Shown here in pieces: positions 1 to 13,019 of a stretch of 64,000 nt of DNA. The translations under genes and the position numbers were made by a program. Source of the DNA: Mobula birostris. Taxonomy: Eukaryota. The stretch spans positions 26,670,630 through 26,734,629 of the forward strand of contig NC_092397.1 in NCBI RefSeq assembly GCF_030028105.1, written 5' to 3'. The number at the start of each line of letters is the position of its first letter. Position 1 is the stretch's first letter. Below the pieces are notes generated by a model. It had not been told where the DNA came from, searched no databases, and worked only from the letters and a program-made list of their open reading frames with translations.

Positions 1-150
1 CCTCAGCCTGGCCTCGGCAGCAAGCACAACAAAAGGCTCTTTTAAAAGCCATTAACCTGGAAGAGGAAAGGGTTGTCGCTTTCTCTTCATTACACTGTTG
101 TGGTGTTGACACACTGATCTCCCCCATGGGAGTTTTGGGGTTGTTTGATG
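1..150 (+). other. 3' UTR and processing region of a histone H3-type gene ending just upstream of the window; imperfect stem-loop GGCTCTTTTAAAAGCC at 35-50
   Basis: Aligns by eye with the H3 3' flank at 25397-25520 (caagcacaa.aaaaggctcttttaa.agcca...ggg.tgtcgctt). One stem mismatch. Confidence 0.75.
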
Positions 151-229
151 GGAAATCCCAATTCTCACACCAACTGATCTACTTGTTTTGGTCTCAGCTC
201 ATTTCATCAACACATTGATGTCACACTTT

Positions 230-470
230 AGCCAAAGATGACCATCCACACCAGCAATAACTCCATCATCTCACAGTCAGTGTGAACTTACTGCTCACGG
301 TTTCTACATCCACGCCCAAATCACTCAGTTGTATCACAAACAGCAAGGGTCTCAGAACAGATCCATGTGGAACAACACTTGTCACCAGCATCTGATCACA
401 AAACGACTCTCTGCCATCACTCTGTCTCCTATTGCAAAGCCAATTCTTGATCCAATTTGCCAAATGGCCT
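230..470 (-). mobile_element. CR1-type LINE reverse transcriptase fragment
   Basis: ORF 266..463: WIKNWLCNRRQ...VTSVVPHGSVLRPLLFVI...SSKF. Confidence 0.75.
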
Positions 471-1644
471 GACTGAGGCCCATATGAACCGTATCAATAA
501 ACTTCGTCAGTGACGGCAGACCTGGGTGAGGATGGTCAGGACCCAAGTGCTGGAGTATCAGAGACTAAAATCCAGACACGATAGGAGACGGAAACAATGA
601 CAGGGTTCAAAACCAGTCTGTGTCTGTCGGAAAGAGCACTTTGAGTAACTCCTTTGCTCCAAATTGGAGAAAAAAATAAGTAAATAGAGAAGAAATAAAA
701 ATTACAATAAAAACTGCAGATTCCGTAGTCTGAAAAGCAAAAGCAGAAAACAGGAAACTGCAGACCTGAGTGTTCTCCACTTGTACCAGGGAAACATTTG
801 GAGCTGTAACAAAGCAGGAATTTTTTGCCAACTTACAAAACCATCAGGCAAAGTCAGCAGAGTCTGGTGAAAGTGACTCCATGTTTAACAAACACATTTG
901 AGTGGTTGGAGCAGTAACACCAACTGTGGATAAAGGGTCCCGGGGACGCACTGAACCGAGATGTCCAGGACACGTTTGATATGCTGCTCTATCACAGGGG
1001 GTTGGGGAAAATGAGAGCTGACCGTGATTTCTGAACTTGCTGATCACAAACATGATGGGAACTGAGTTGTGAAGAGCGGTGAGGAGTCTACAAAGGGGTA
1101 GATACAGGTGACGTGAATGGACACAGGTCTGACAGCTCGGATATTGTGGGGGAGGGAGGGTGTGAACTTGTACCTGACCCTCTGGCTAAAGAAATGTCTT
1201 CTTATCTCTTTCCTGAAGAGACATTCTTCTATTCTGAGTGTGTGCCATCTGGTGCTGGACTAACCCACTACAGGAAACATCCACTCCACGTTCACTCAAG
1301 TGGTTATAATGTCACTCTCTTCTCATTCTTATGAACTCCAGCAAGTACAGGCCCAGAGCCATCAAATGCTCCTAATGTGTTAACCTTTTCATTCCCAGGG
1401 TCATTCTCGTCAACCTGCTCTGGACCCTCTCCAATGCAAACACATCAATCCTTGGATGAAGGGCCCAGCATTGCTCACAATACTCCTTGCAGACTGACAA
1501 ATGTCAGCATGGACAAGTAGGCCCCTATTTTCACATTTCTGTGAGAAAAGTAACTAATTTTCATTCTTATATTTTGCTGGTTTTAATGTAATCTTCTTCC
1601 TCAGTTGTAATTTCTATTTCCCTTCACGATGAAGACTTTGCATT

Positions 1645-2890
1645 CAAAGTCAACAACATCTCCTCCACAATCACCATCAGCACTGGTGCACCACAAGGTT
1701 GTGCTTGGCCCACGACTCTACTCACTTTATACCTGTGATTATGTGGCTAAGTACAACCCCAGTGACATATTTAAGTTTGCAGATGACACCACTGTTGTTG
1801 GATGAATCAAAGGTGGTGACAAATTTGCCCTCAGGAGGGAGATGTGTGATCTGGTTGAATGGTGCCACAACGACAACCTCTCACTCAATATCAGCAGATC
1901 ACTGACCACAGGGACAGGAAACCGGACGTCCATGAGCCAGTCATCATCAGGGGACTGGAGGTGGAGAGAGTCAGTAACATTAAATTTCTGAGCATTATCA
2001 TTTCAGAGGGTCTGTCCTGGGACTAGCAGTAAGTGTCACTATAAAGCAGGCAGGGCAGTGACTCTGCCTGCGTGTAATCAGCGTGACATCTCAAACTTTG
2101 ACAGATATAGATGCAGAGTGGAGAGTAACCTGACTGGTTTCATCATGGCCTGATATGGAAACACAATGATCAGGAATGGAAAGGAAAATGTCTGCAAGAA
2201 ATTTGTGGAGATGTCAGGTGTTAGTTTTATTTTTACCAGAGTGTGGTGAGTGCGTGGAATAGGCTACCGGCAAAGGTAGTGGAGGCGGATACAATAGAGT
2301 ATTTTCACAGACTCCTAGATAGGTACTTGGAGCTTAGAAAAACAAAGGGCTCAGGGTAATGCCAGGTAATTTGTAAAATAGGTAGAGGTTTGGCACGGCA
2401 TCGTGGGCCGAAGGGCCTGTATTGTGCTGCAGGTTTTCCATGTTTCTAACTGGTGGATGCATCCCAGTACATCACAGGCAAAGCCCTCCCCATCATTCAG
2501 TACATTTACAAGCAGCACTTCTACAAGAAAGCTGCATCCATCATCAACAACATCCTTCAGCCACCTCATGCTCTCTTCCACTGCTGCCATCGGGAAGGAC
2601 GTACAGGAGCCTTAGGTCCCACACCACCAGGTTCAGGAAGAGTTATTACCCTACACCAGTCATGCTCTTGAAATGGTGTAGGCACCTTCACTGAACTGAT
2701 TCCATAACCTGCAAACTCATTTTCTAGTACTCTACAACTGAATTGTACAGTAATATTTATGTTTCAGTATTTGCATGACATGTCTTCTTTTGCACATTGG
2801 TTGTCTGTCAGTCTTTGCTGTTTATAGTTTTCCTAAATTCCACTGTCTTCATTTCCCTGTAAATACCTGAAAGAAAATGAATCTGAAAGT
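1645..2890 (+). mobile_element. Rex1/Babar-type LINE 3' fragment, interrupted by a CR1 3' end (~2210-2448)
   Basis: Similar to 4150-5100 (agcactggtgcaccacaagg = STGAPQG; aagtttgcagatgacacc = KFADDT; C-terminal RFRKSYYP). The nested piece ends in the CR1 tail tttccatgtttcta. Confidence 0.7.
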
Positions 2891-5155
2891 AGTAACCTGT
2901 TGCGTCAGAGGTCCCAACACAGGAGATCACTGCTACACTACGATAAGGAATGTCTATTGTTTGCTCCCAAGACCACATTTTGTTCAGTGGGATCATTTGG
3001 CTGTACTCCTCCTACCTGCACACAGACAGAGCCTAAGGAACAAGGCTTCAGAGATCAAGATAACCGAGGGGTGGTGTTGGGAGGCAGAGGAACGGTTACA
3101 GGATTGCCTTGAGTCAGCAGGCTGAGCCATGTTCGTGAACTCATCTCAGGACCTGAAGGATGACACCGGGGTCACTACAGACTTTACTAAAACAGCTGTG
3201 GAGTCGTGTGTCCCCACAAAATCATTCAGGCTTTCCCAAATCAGTAGGCCTGGATGAGCAATGAGATCCGGAACCTGCTGAGTGCCAGGTCAGAGGCATT
3301 CAAGTCTGGAGATCAGGAATGCTACAAGAGGTGCAGGTATGATCTCCGGAAACCATCTCTCGGGCAAAGTGGAGATTCCAGGCTAGACTGGAATAAAAGA
3401 GAGATGCTTGATAGCTGTGTCAGGGTTTGAATGCCAGAACCTCCTGCAAAGGTAAATCTTGTGATAAAAGGGGACAGCACAGCTTCGCTTCCAGACGAGC
3501 TCAATGCCTCCTATGCTCACTTTGTCCACCAGAAGAGGGAGCACCCCCGCGTCTCCCGATGGTCATTTGGTCTCAGTATCTGAAGATGACGTGCAGGCTG
3601 CCTTCAAGGGAGTGAATCCAAGGAAAGCATCCAGTCTGGACGGAGTATCTGGCTGAGTACTGAAGACCTGTGCTGACCAGCTGGCTGGTGTATTCACGGA
3701 TATCTTCAACCTCTCGATCTGGCAGTGTGTGGTACCCACCTACTTCAAGGAAGCTTCAATTATTACGGTGTCCAACAGGAGCGTGGTAACCTGTTTAAAT
3801 GACTATTACCCAATGGCACTCGCATCCACAGTGATGAAGTGTTTTGAGAGGCTGGTGTTGAAGCATATCAGCTCTTGTCTGAATGGTGACTTGGATCCTC
3901 TGCAATTCACCGACCGAAGCAACAGCAGATGCTGTCTCGTTGTCTCTTCACACAACTCTGGAACATCTGGACAGCAAAGATGCAAACATCTGGATGCCCT
4001 TTATTGATTACAGTTCAGCATTTAACAATGTCATCCCCTCAAAACTGATCAGTAAACTCCCAGACCTGGGCCTCAATACCCCCTTGTGCAATTGGATCCT
4101 GGATTTCCTCAGGTGCAGATCCAAGTCAGTTCAGATTGGCAAAAACATCTACTCCACAATCTCTATCAGCACAGGAGCACCACAAGGAAGTGTGCTTAGC
4201 CCCCAGCTCTACTCACTTTACACCTATGACTGTGTAGCTGAGTACAGCTCCAACACCATATACAAGTTTGCTGATCACACCACAATCAAAGGTGGTGATG
4301 AATCAGCAAACAGGAGAGAGATTGAAAACCTTGCTGAGTGGTGTAATAACAACAACCCCTCACTCAATGTCAGTAAGACTAAGGGACGGATTGTACACTT
4401 TAGGAGGGAAAAACCAAAGGTCCATGAGCTAGTAATCAAAGGATGATCAGAGGTGGAGAGAGTCAGTAACTTTAAATTCCTGTGTGTCACTCACTCAGAG
4501 GACCTGTCCTGGACCCATCGCATAAATATAATTGTGAAGAAAGCACAACAGCACTCTACTTCCTCAGGACTCTGCGGAGGTTCAGCATGTCATTGAAAAC
4601 CTTGGCAAACTTATATAAATGTGTGGTGGAAGGTGTGCTGACTGGCTGCATTACAGCCTGATACAGGAACACCAATGCCTTTGAGTGGGAAATCCTGCAA
4701 AGGGTAGTGGAGTCGGCCCAGTATATCACAGGTAAAACCCTCACAACCACTGAGCACATCTACATGAAACATTGCCGTAGGAAAGCAGCGTCCATCAGCA
4801 AAGATCCTCACCATCTATGTAATGATCTTTTCTCACTGTTACTATCAGGTAGAAGGTACAGGTACCTCAGGACTCGCCCCACCAGGTTCAAGAACAGTTA
4901 CTACCCCTCAACCATCAGTGTCTTGAACAAAACACTCATGTCACCACTGTTATATCGTTATTTCATGCTTGTTATTTATTGCTATTTATTTCTCTGCATT
5001 TACACAATTTGTTTACAGTTTATAGTTCCTCATATTTACAGTTCACAGTTACTGTTCTATAGATTTGTTAAGATTGCCCGCGGAACAAGATTCTCGGGGT
5101 TGTCTGTGGTGACACGTATGTACTGTGAGAATACATTTGAATTTGAACTTTGAAC
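2890..5155 (+). mobile_element. Rex1/Babar-clade LINE, degraded and frameshifted RT
   Basis: ORFs 3729..4007, 3883..4446, 4707..5153: CLNDYYPMALASTVMKCFERLV, LDPLQF, FIDYSSAFN, GAPQGSVLSPQLYSLYT, YKFAD, RFKNSYYP. 3' tail tttgaatttgaactttgaac. Confidence 0.85.
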
Positions 5156-5399
5156 AATATGGTGACATATGCGCAGTGTGATAACAACTTACTTTGGATA
5201 AAATTTTGGCTTTGACAATATTTTTCCGTGACGCTCTTTTTTCATAATCTAGTTCCAACATATTTTATCCAAAATTATAAAAAGATTATCCACACAAAAA
5301 TGTACAAAATACAAACATGACATATTTATAAGATCGAAGAGCTAAATTACAATATGAATATTACTGTGTATAACACACTCAATTCCAGGGAATGGGGGA

Positions 5400-5720
5400 G
5401 TGGGTCACGTCCCTGGAAATCTCCCACTCTCCCCATTCTGTTTACAATGGTCGCAAGTTTTTCAGCCGCTCTGCTGATTGACAGCTCCCTCTGCCCCGCC
5501 TCCCCGGCTGCCGGGTCACTGTCACGTGACTCCATGTGATTGATGACCCGGAACGAGTTGACGTCACAAAGCCCCACCTTCAGCGACGTCGTTTCCCGGG
5601 GAACGGTAAGTCCGGGATGGTGGAGTCGGTCTCCACTTGTTGGGGTTTCGGCCTCTCCTCTTCCTGCCCGCGGAGCAGTGAGTGTCTGTCAGCGCCTCAC
5701 TGCACCGGCTCTCTGCCTCA
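5400..5720 (+). promoter_or_regulatory. Small CpG-rich promoter-like region with a possible first exon
   Basis: GTCACGTGAC E-box at 5521-5530, TGACGTCA CRE at 5559-5566, CCGGAA just upstream of the CRE, splice-donor-like CG|GTAAGT at 5604-5611. CpG-rich in a CpG-poor background. Confidence 0.45.
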
Positions 5721-6818
5721 GGTACAATATTTAAAACATATTTGCACAGTCACATGGATGGGAAAGGTTGAGAGGGATACGGGCCTAATGCAGGCAGATG
5801 GGCCGAGTTCAGGTCGACAACTTGGTGGGCGTGGATGAGTTGTACCGAAGGGACTGTTTCATTTCTGTATAAACCAGTGACTCTATTTTGCGAGGTTAAA
5901 TCATGGCAGGATGCACACAGATTCCTGAGAAGTTTCTGCCCCCCTCCCCCACACCTCTTCTGGTACTGATTTAGATACCAGTTATTCCCTGTGTGAAATA
6001 TTTACCCCTCAGATCCCCTTTAAATCTCTCTTTAAACAGTTTTGTCCTGCTGTAATGAGAGGCAGTTCTTTGGCTGACAAGGCAAGTAGAACACACAACC
6101 CTGTCTGCCTGTGATGCCACATACAGGGAACTGTGTAACAATATTAGAGGCACATGCACAGGGGCTTCAGTGAGCAAGGCCCAGAGGGATATGAAACTAA
6201 TGCAGGAAAGTGGGATTAGTATAGCTGTGCATGATGGGGAGCATAAATGTGATGGGCCAGAGGGTCAGTTTCTATCCTGTACAACCCTGACCACAGCAGT
6301 CCTCCACTGCAGTGGGGTTTGTCACCTTCATTCTCAACTGTGAGCTTGTTCCACTGAACCCCTTATCCTCTGAGAAGACATTTGCACCCTCCCACTATGA
6401 CCAACCTGTCAGCCATCTCTCCTAATATCACCCAGAGCACTTCACCAAATTCCTATATAAAACTATTGTTACTGGTGCATAGGGAATGACAGCATTTTGG
6501 TAGCCTTTTGAGGGGGTTGGTTCAGTATTTGACCATTAATTCCTTTGTACAACAACAATCCCATCATACTGGGTACTGAATGTTTTAGGTATGACCATCC
6601 TGAAGTTCTGTGTTTCAGGTTCCCATTGCACTTTCACTGTCAGTGGTTTCTGCAGGTCCATACTGACCATCGAGAATCTGTCTCCACTAACTCAGAACTT
6701 GGTCTGTCTTCTACCCTGCCTTGGTGATTCAAATGCTCATCCAGATGCTCCTTAAATACCAGCCTGCATCACCCCTTCAGACTGTGTTCCAGATTGTAAC
6801 CTCCCTCTGGGGAGAAAG

Positions 6819-9800
6819 GAAACATAGAAAACCTACAGCACAATGCAGGCGCTTCGGCCCACAAAGTTGTGCCAAACATGTAGCTACCTTTGAAATTACT
6901 AGGGTTACCCATAGCCCTCTGTCTTTCTAAGCTCCGTGCATCTATCCAAACGTCTCTTAAAAGACCCTATCGTATCAGCCTCCACCACCATTGCTGGCAG
7001 CCTATTCCATACACTCACCACTCTCTGCATTTAAAATAAAGAAAAAAAAACAACTTAACCTGACATCTCCTCTGTACCTACTCCCAAGCACCTTAAACCT
7101 GTGCCCTCTTGTGGCAGCCAATTCAGCCCTGGGAAAAAGCCTCTGACTATCCACACAGTCAATGCCTCCCATCATCTTATACACCTCTATCAGGTCACCT
7201 CTATCAGGTCACCTCTCATCCTCTGTCACTCCAAGGAGAAAAGGCCGAGCTCATTCTACCTATTCTCATAAGGCATGCTCCCCAATCCAGGTATCATCCT
7301 TGTAATTCTCCTCTGCACCTTTCTGTGGTTTCCACATCCTTCCTGTAGTGAGGTGACCAGAACTGAGCACAGTGCTCCAAGTGGGTCTGACCAAGGTCCT
7401 ATCGAGCTGCAACATTACCTCTCAGCTCCTCAGTTCAATTCCACGATTGATGAAGGCCAATGAAGCGTATGCCTTCTTTACCACATAGTCAACCTGCGCA
7501 GCTGCTTTGAACGTCCTATGGACTCTGACCCCAAGATCCCTCTGGTCTTCTACACTGCCTTGGTCTTACCATTAATACTATATGCTGTCATCATATTTGA
7601 CCTTCCAAAATGAACCACTTCACACTTATCTGGGTTGAACTCTATCTGCCACTTCTCAGCCCAGTTTTGCATCCTATCAATGTTCCGCTGTAACCTCTGA
7701 CAGCCCTCCACACTATTCACAACACCCCCAACCTTTGTGTCATCAGCAAACTTACTAACCCATCCCTCCACTTCCTCATCCAGGTCATTTATAAAAATCA
7801 GAAAAAGTGAGGGTCCCAGAACAGATCCCTGAGGCACACCACTGGTCACCGATCTCCATGCAGAATATGACCCGTTTACAACCACCCTTTGCCTTCTGTG
7901 GGCAAGCCAGTTCTGGATCCGCAAAACATTGTCCCCTTTGATCCCATGCCTCCTTACTTTCTCAATAAGCCTTGCATGGGGTACCTTATCAAATGCCTTG
8001 CTGAAATCCATATGCACTATATCTACTGCTCTCCCTTCATCAATGTGTTCAGTCACATCCTCAAAAAATTCAATCAGGCTCGTAAGGCACAACCTGCCTT
8101 TGACAAAACCATGCTGACTATTCCTAATCATATTATACCTCTCCAAATGTTCATTAATCCTGCCTCTCACGATCTTCTTCATCAGCTTACCAACCACTGA
8201 AGTAAGACTCACTGGCCAATAATTTCCTGGGCTATCTCTACTCCCTTTCTTGAATGAGGGAACAACATCCTCAGTCCTCCAGAACCTCTCCTGTCCCCAT
8301 TGATGATGCAAAGATCATCGCCAGAGGCTCAGCAATCTCCTCCCTCACCTCCTGCAGTATCCAACATATCATCTGGTCCCGGCCTCTTATCCAACCTGAT
8401 GCTTTCCAAAAGCTCCAGCATATCCACTTTCTTAATATCTACATGCTCAAGCTTTTCAATCCGCTGCAAGTCATCCCTACAATCATCGAGATCCTTTTCT
8501 GTAGTGAATATTGAAGTAATGTATTCACTAAGTACCTCTGCTATTTCCGCCGGTTCCATACACACTTTCCCACTGTCACACTTGATAGGTCCTATTCTTT
8601 CAGGTCTTATCCTCTTGCTCTTCACATACTTGTAGAGTGCCTTGGGGTTTTCCTTAATCCTGCCTGCCAAGGCCTTGTCATGGCCCCTTCTGGCTCTCCT
8701 AATTTCCTTCTTAAGCTCCTTCCTGTTAGCCTGACAATCTTCTAGATCTCTAACAGTACCTAGCTCTCTTAACCTTATGTAAGCTTTTCTTTTCTTCTTG
8801 ACTAGATTTACTACAACCTCTGTACACCACGGTTCCTGTACCCTACCATAACTTCCCTGTCTCATTGGAACGTACCTATGCAGAACTTCACACGAATATC
8901 CCCTGAATGTTTGCCACATTTCTTCCGTACCTTTCCCTGAGAACATCTGTTCCCAATTTAAGCTTCCAAGTTTCTGCCTGATAGCCTCATAATTCTCCTT
9001 ACTCCAATTAAACACTTTTCTAACTTGTCTGTTCCTATCTCTCCCAATGCTATTGTAAAGGAAATAGAATTATGATCACTATCTCTAAAATGCTGTCCTG
9101 CTGAGAGGACTGACACCTGACCAGGTTCATTTCCCAATACCAAATCAAGTACAGTCTCTCCTCTTGTAGACTTATCTACACATTGTGTCAAGAAACCTTC
9201 CTGAACACACCTAACAAACTCCACCCTATCTAAACCCCTTGCTCGGGGAAGATGCCAATCAATATTTGGGAAATTAAAATCTCCTACCGCGACAACTCTG
9301 TTGTTATTACTCGTTTCCAGGATCTGTTTCCCTATCTGCTCCTCGATATCCCTGTTACTATTGGGTGGCCTGTGAAAAACACACAGTAGTGTAATTGACC
9401 CCTTCCTGTTCCTAACCTCCACCCACAGCGACTCTGTAGACAATCCTCCCATGAGGTCCTCCTTTTCTGCAGGCATGACACTATCTCTGATCAACAGTAC
9501 CACGCCCCACCTCTTTTGCCTTCCTCTCTGTCCTTCCTGAAACATCTAAAACCTGGCACTTGAAGTAACCATTCCTGTCCCTGAGCCATCCAAGTCTTTG
9601 TAATGGCCACCACATCATAGCTCCAAGTAGTGATACATGCTCTAAGCTCATCGGCTTTGTTCACAATACTCCCTGCGTTAAAATAGACACATCTCAAACC
9701 GTTGGTCTGAGCACGTACCTTCTCTATCACTTGCCTGTCCTCCCTCACACACCATCTCCAAGCTTTCTCTATTTGTAAGCCAACCGCCTCTTCCCCAGTC

Positions 9801-10977
9801 TCTTCAGTTCAGTCCCCACCCCCCAATAGTTCTAGTTTAAACTCTCCCCAGTAGCAAACCTCCCTGCCAAGATATTGGTCCCCGTGGGAATCAAGTGCAA
9901 CTCATCCTTTTTGTATAGGTCACACCTGCCCCAAAAGAGGTCCCAATGATCCAGAAATCTCAATCCCTGCCCCCTGCTTCAATCCCTCAGCCACTCATTT
10001 ATCCTCCAGCTCATTCTATTCCTATACTCACTGTCCCGTGGCACAGGCAGTAATCCCGAGATTACTACCTTTGCTCTCCTGCTTCTTAACTTCCTTCCTA
10101 ACTCCCTGTAGACTGTGTTCAGGACCTCCACCCTTTTCCTACCTTTGTCAGTGGTACCAATATGTACCATGACGTCTGGCTGTTCTCTATTCCACTGCAG
10201 GATATTTTGGACGCGACCTGAAACTTCCCGGACCCTGGCATCTGGGAGGCAAACTACCATCCGTGTTTCTTTCCTACATTCACAGAGTGCCTAACTAAAG
10301 AGTCCCCTATCACTACGGCCTTTCTCTTCCTTTCCCTACCCTTCTGAGCCACAGGGCCGGGCTCTGTGCCAGTGGCTCGGCTGCTGTTGCTTCCCCCAGG
10401 TAGACTGTCCCACCCTGCCCCCCCAACAGTTCTCAAACAGGAGTACTTATTGTTCAGGGGGACAGCCACAGGGCTACTCTCTGGTACCTGACTCTTCCCC
10501 TTCCCTCTCCTGACTCTTAACCACTTGTCTGTCTCCTGTGGTCCCGGTGTGATCACCCTTCTATCACCTCGTCACTGTCCCTGACCAGACAAAGGTTAAC
10601 GAGCTGCAACTCCCGTTCCCTAACGCGGTCCCTTAGGAGCAGCAGCTCAACACACCGGGTGTGGATATTCCCGTCCACGAGGCTGGGAGACTCCAGAACT
10701 TTCCACATCTGACACCGAGCACAGAACACCGGTGTCACACACATACTTCCTTTCCGCAATTAACGCAGATAAACCTACCTCGCCTCATTATCACCTAAGC
10801 CAGTTGAGCCAAAGCCCTCTCACTCTGCTGCCCGCTGGATATGGCGCTCTTCTTTTTAACCTTTTCCCGCTCTACTGGCTGATGTCACGCGCCTGTGCAG
10901 TCTTGCCTCTCTTTACTCCGAGTAGTAAAATACCTTCGGTCTGGAAATCCTGAGCCGTTCCACTCGCAGCCTTCTTG
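6819..10977 (-). mobile_element. Near full-length CR1 LINE (ORF1 esterase + ORF2 APE/RT), inactivated by frameshifts and stops
   Basis: ORF1 pieces with CARCQMW, IGDSLVR, CLPDARV and VHIGTTD (SGNH-like). APE pieces YFNAGSIVNK, VAVGDFNFPNIDW, DSDHN. RT ORF 7550..8311 with GVPQGSVLGP and KFADDTK. CR1 3' tail (aaacatagaaa on +) at ~6820. Confidence 0.93.
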
Positions 10978-11459
10978 CTTTTCCTCATCCTCTTTAAACC
11001 ACACATTTCTCTCGTTAAACTTTTGTTGCACACACCTCATAATTGTCTGCATTAAATTCCATCTGCCATTGTAACAGCTGGACAACGTCCCATGGCAATA
11101 TTTGCTAGCCTTTCTTGCTGTCCACTGCACCCCTAATCTTGGTGTTATCTGCAAACTTGCTGATCCAGTTTACCACATTCTCATCCAGATCGTTAATACA
11201 GATGGAAAACAGCAATGGACCCAGCAATGGGAGGTTTAACCAGGGCAGGATGTACACAGTGAATGACAGGTTCCTGAGAAGTGTTCATGAACAGAGACTT
11301 TGTGCGTTTCTGCCTCCACCACCTCCTCTGGCAGGTCATTCAGGAGACCATCACTGATCCTTATCCCTCTCAAACCCCCCCTCCCAGAATCAAGAACATC
11401 CACATTAGATATACCCAGTGAATTGGCCACAGCCGTCTGTGGGGATGAATTCAGAGTCA

Positions 11460-12835
11460 GAACCAGAATCAGGTTTATTACCACCGGCGTGTGTCATGAA
11501 ATTTGTTAATGTAGCAACAGCAGTTCAATGCAGTACATGATAATATAGAAAGAATAAATAAATTACAGTATGTGTGTGTGTATGGATATGTTTATTTTGT
11601 AGAATGAAAACAGTGCAAAAAACAGAAATAACATATATAGAATACATCTAAAGCAGTTTTGTCTGTTTTAAATTGAGAAATCAAATGTCTTCAAACTCCT
11701 TATGAAACATATCTGCTGTCATGCCTTCTTTTTACTGTAGCTGCATCGATATGTTGGGACCAGGTTAGATCCTCGGAGATATTGATATCCAGGAACTTGA
11801 AATTGTTCACTCTCTCCACTTCTGATCCTTCTATGAGGATTGGTTTGTGTTCCCTCATCTTACCTTTCCTTCAATCAGCTCTTTTGTCGCACTGACATTA
11901 AGCACAAGGTAGTTGCTGCGACACCACTCAACTAGCTGGTATATCTTGCTCCTGTAAGTCCTCTCCTCTCCATCTGAGATTGTACCAGCAACGGTTGTAT
12001 CCAGCATATTTATGGATGGCTTTTGAGCTACGCTTAGTCACACAGTCATGGGTAGAGGGGGAGTGGAGCAGTCGGCTAAGCACAATCCCTGAGGTGCACC
12101 AGTGTCAGTGTTGATCGTCAGCAAGGAGGAGATATTAATTTGAATTTGAATTGACTTTATTTCTTGTGTCCTTCATGTACATGAGGAGTAAAAATCTTTG
12201 TTACATCTCCGTCTAAATGTGCAATGTACAATCACAGTAATTTATATTAATTTATAATAAATAGAACAGCCAGTGTAACATAGAAATACACTCAAATCAG
12301 TGTGAGTTAATCAGTCTGCTGGCCTGGTGGAAGAAGCTGTCCCGGAGCCTGTGTGTCCTGGCTTTTATGCTGCGGTCCTGTTTCCCGGATGGTTGCAGCT
12401 GGAATACATCGTGGTTGGGGTGACTCAGGTCCCCAGTGATCCTTCAGGCCCTTTTCTCACACCTTTTGTTGTAAGTGTCCTCAGTCATGGGAAGTTCACA
12501 ACTACAGATACACTGGGCTGTCTGCACCACTCTCTGTAGAGTCCTGCGATTAACGGAGATGCAGTTCCCATACCAGGCAGTGATGCAGCCATTCAGGATG
12601 TTCTCAATTTTGCCCCTGTAGAAAGTTGTAAGGATTTGGGGGCTCCTAGCAAACTTCGTCACCCGTCTGAGGTGAAAGCGGCGCTGTTGTGCCTTTTTCA
12701 CCACACAGCTCGTGTGTGCAGACTGCGTGAGATCCTCGGGTATGCTGATGCTGAGGAACTTAAAACTGTTTACCGTCTCAACCCCAGATCCACTGATGTC
12801 AATAGGGGTTAGCCCGTCTCCATTAATCTGCACAG
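11460..12835 (-). mobile_element. Two nested Rex1/Babar-type LINE fragments; inner copy 3' tail at ~12140
   Basis: ORF 12444..12833 (FKFLSISI..L, KKAQQRRFHLRR, IENILNGCITAWYGN). aatttgaatttgaa tail at 12138-12151. Confidence 0.8.
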
Positions 12836-13019
12836 ATTGTGGTGTCCCGGTTAGGAAGTCAAGGATCGAGTTGCAGAGAGACCAGGTTCTGCAGCTTATT
12901 AATCAGGACTGTGGGATTGATGATATTAAACACTGAGCTATAGTCAGTGAAAACATCCTGGCACCGGCTGTGCAGATGCGCTACCCCTTGGTATGGAAGT
13001 TTTACCTGATCTTTGTTCT

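Noticed and set aside
7550-9748. Active CR1 ORF2
   Set aside because: Split across several frames by frameshifts and stops.
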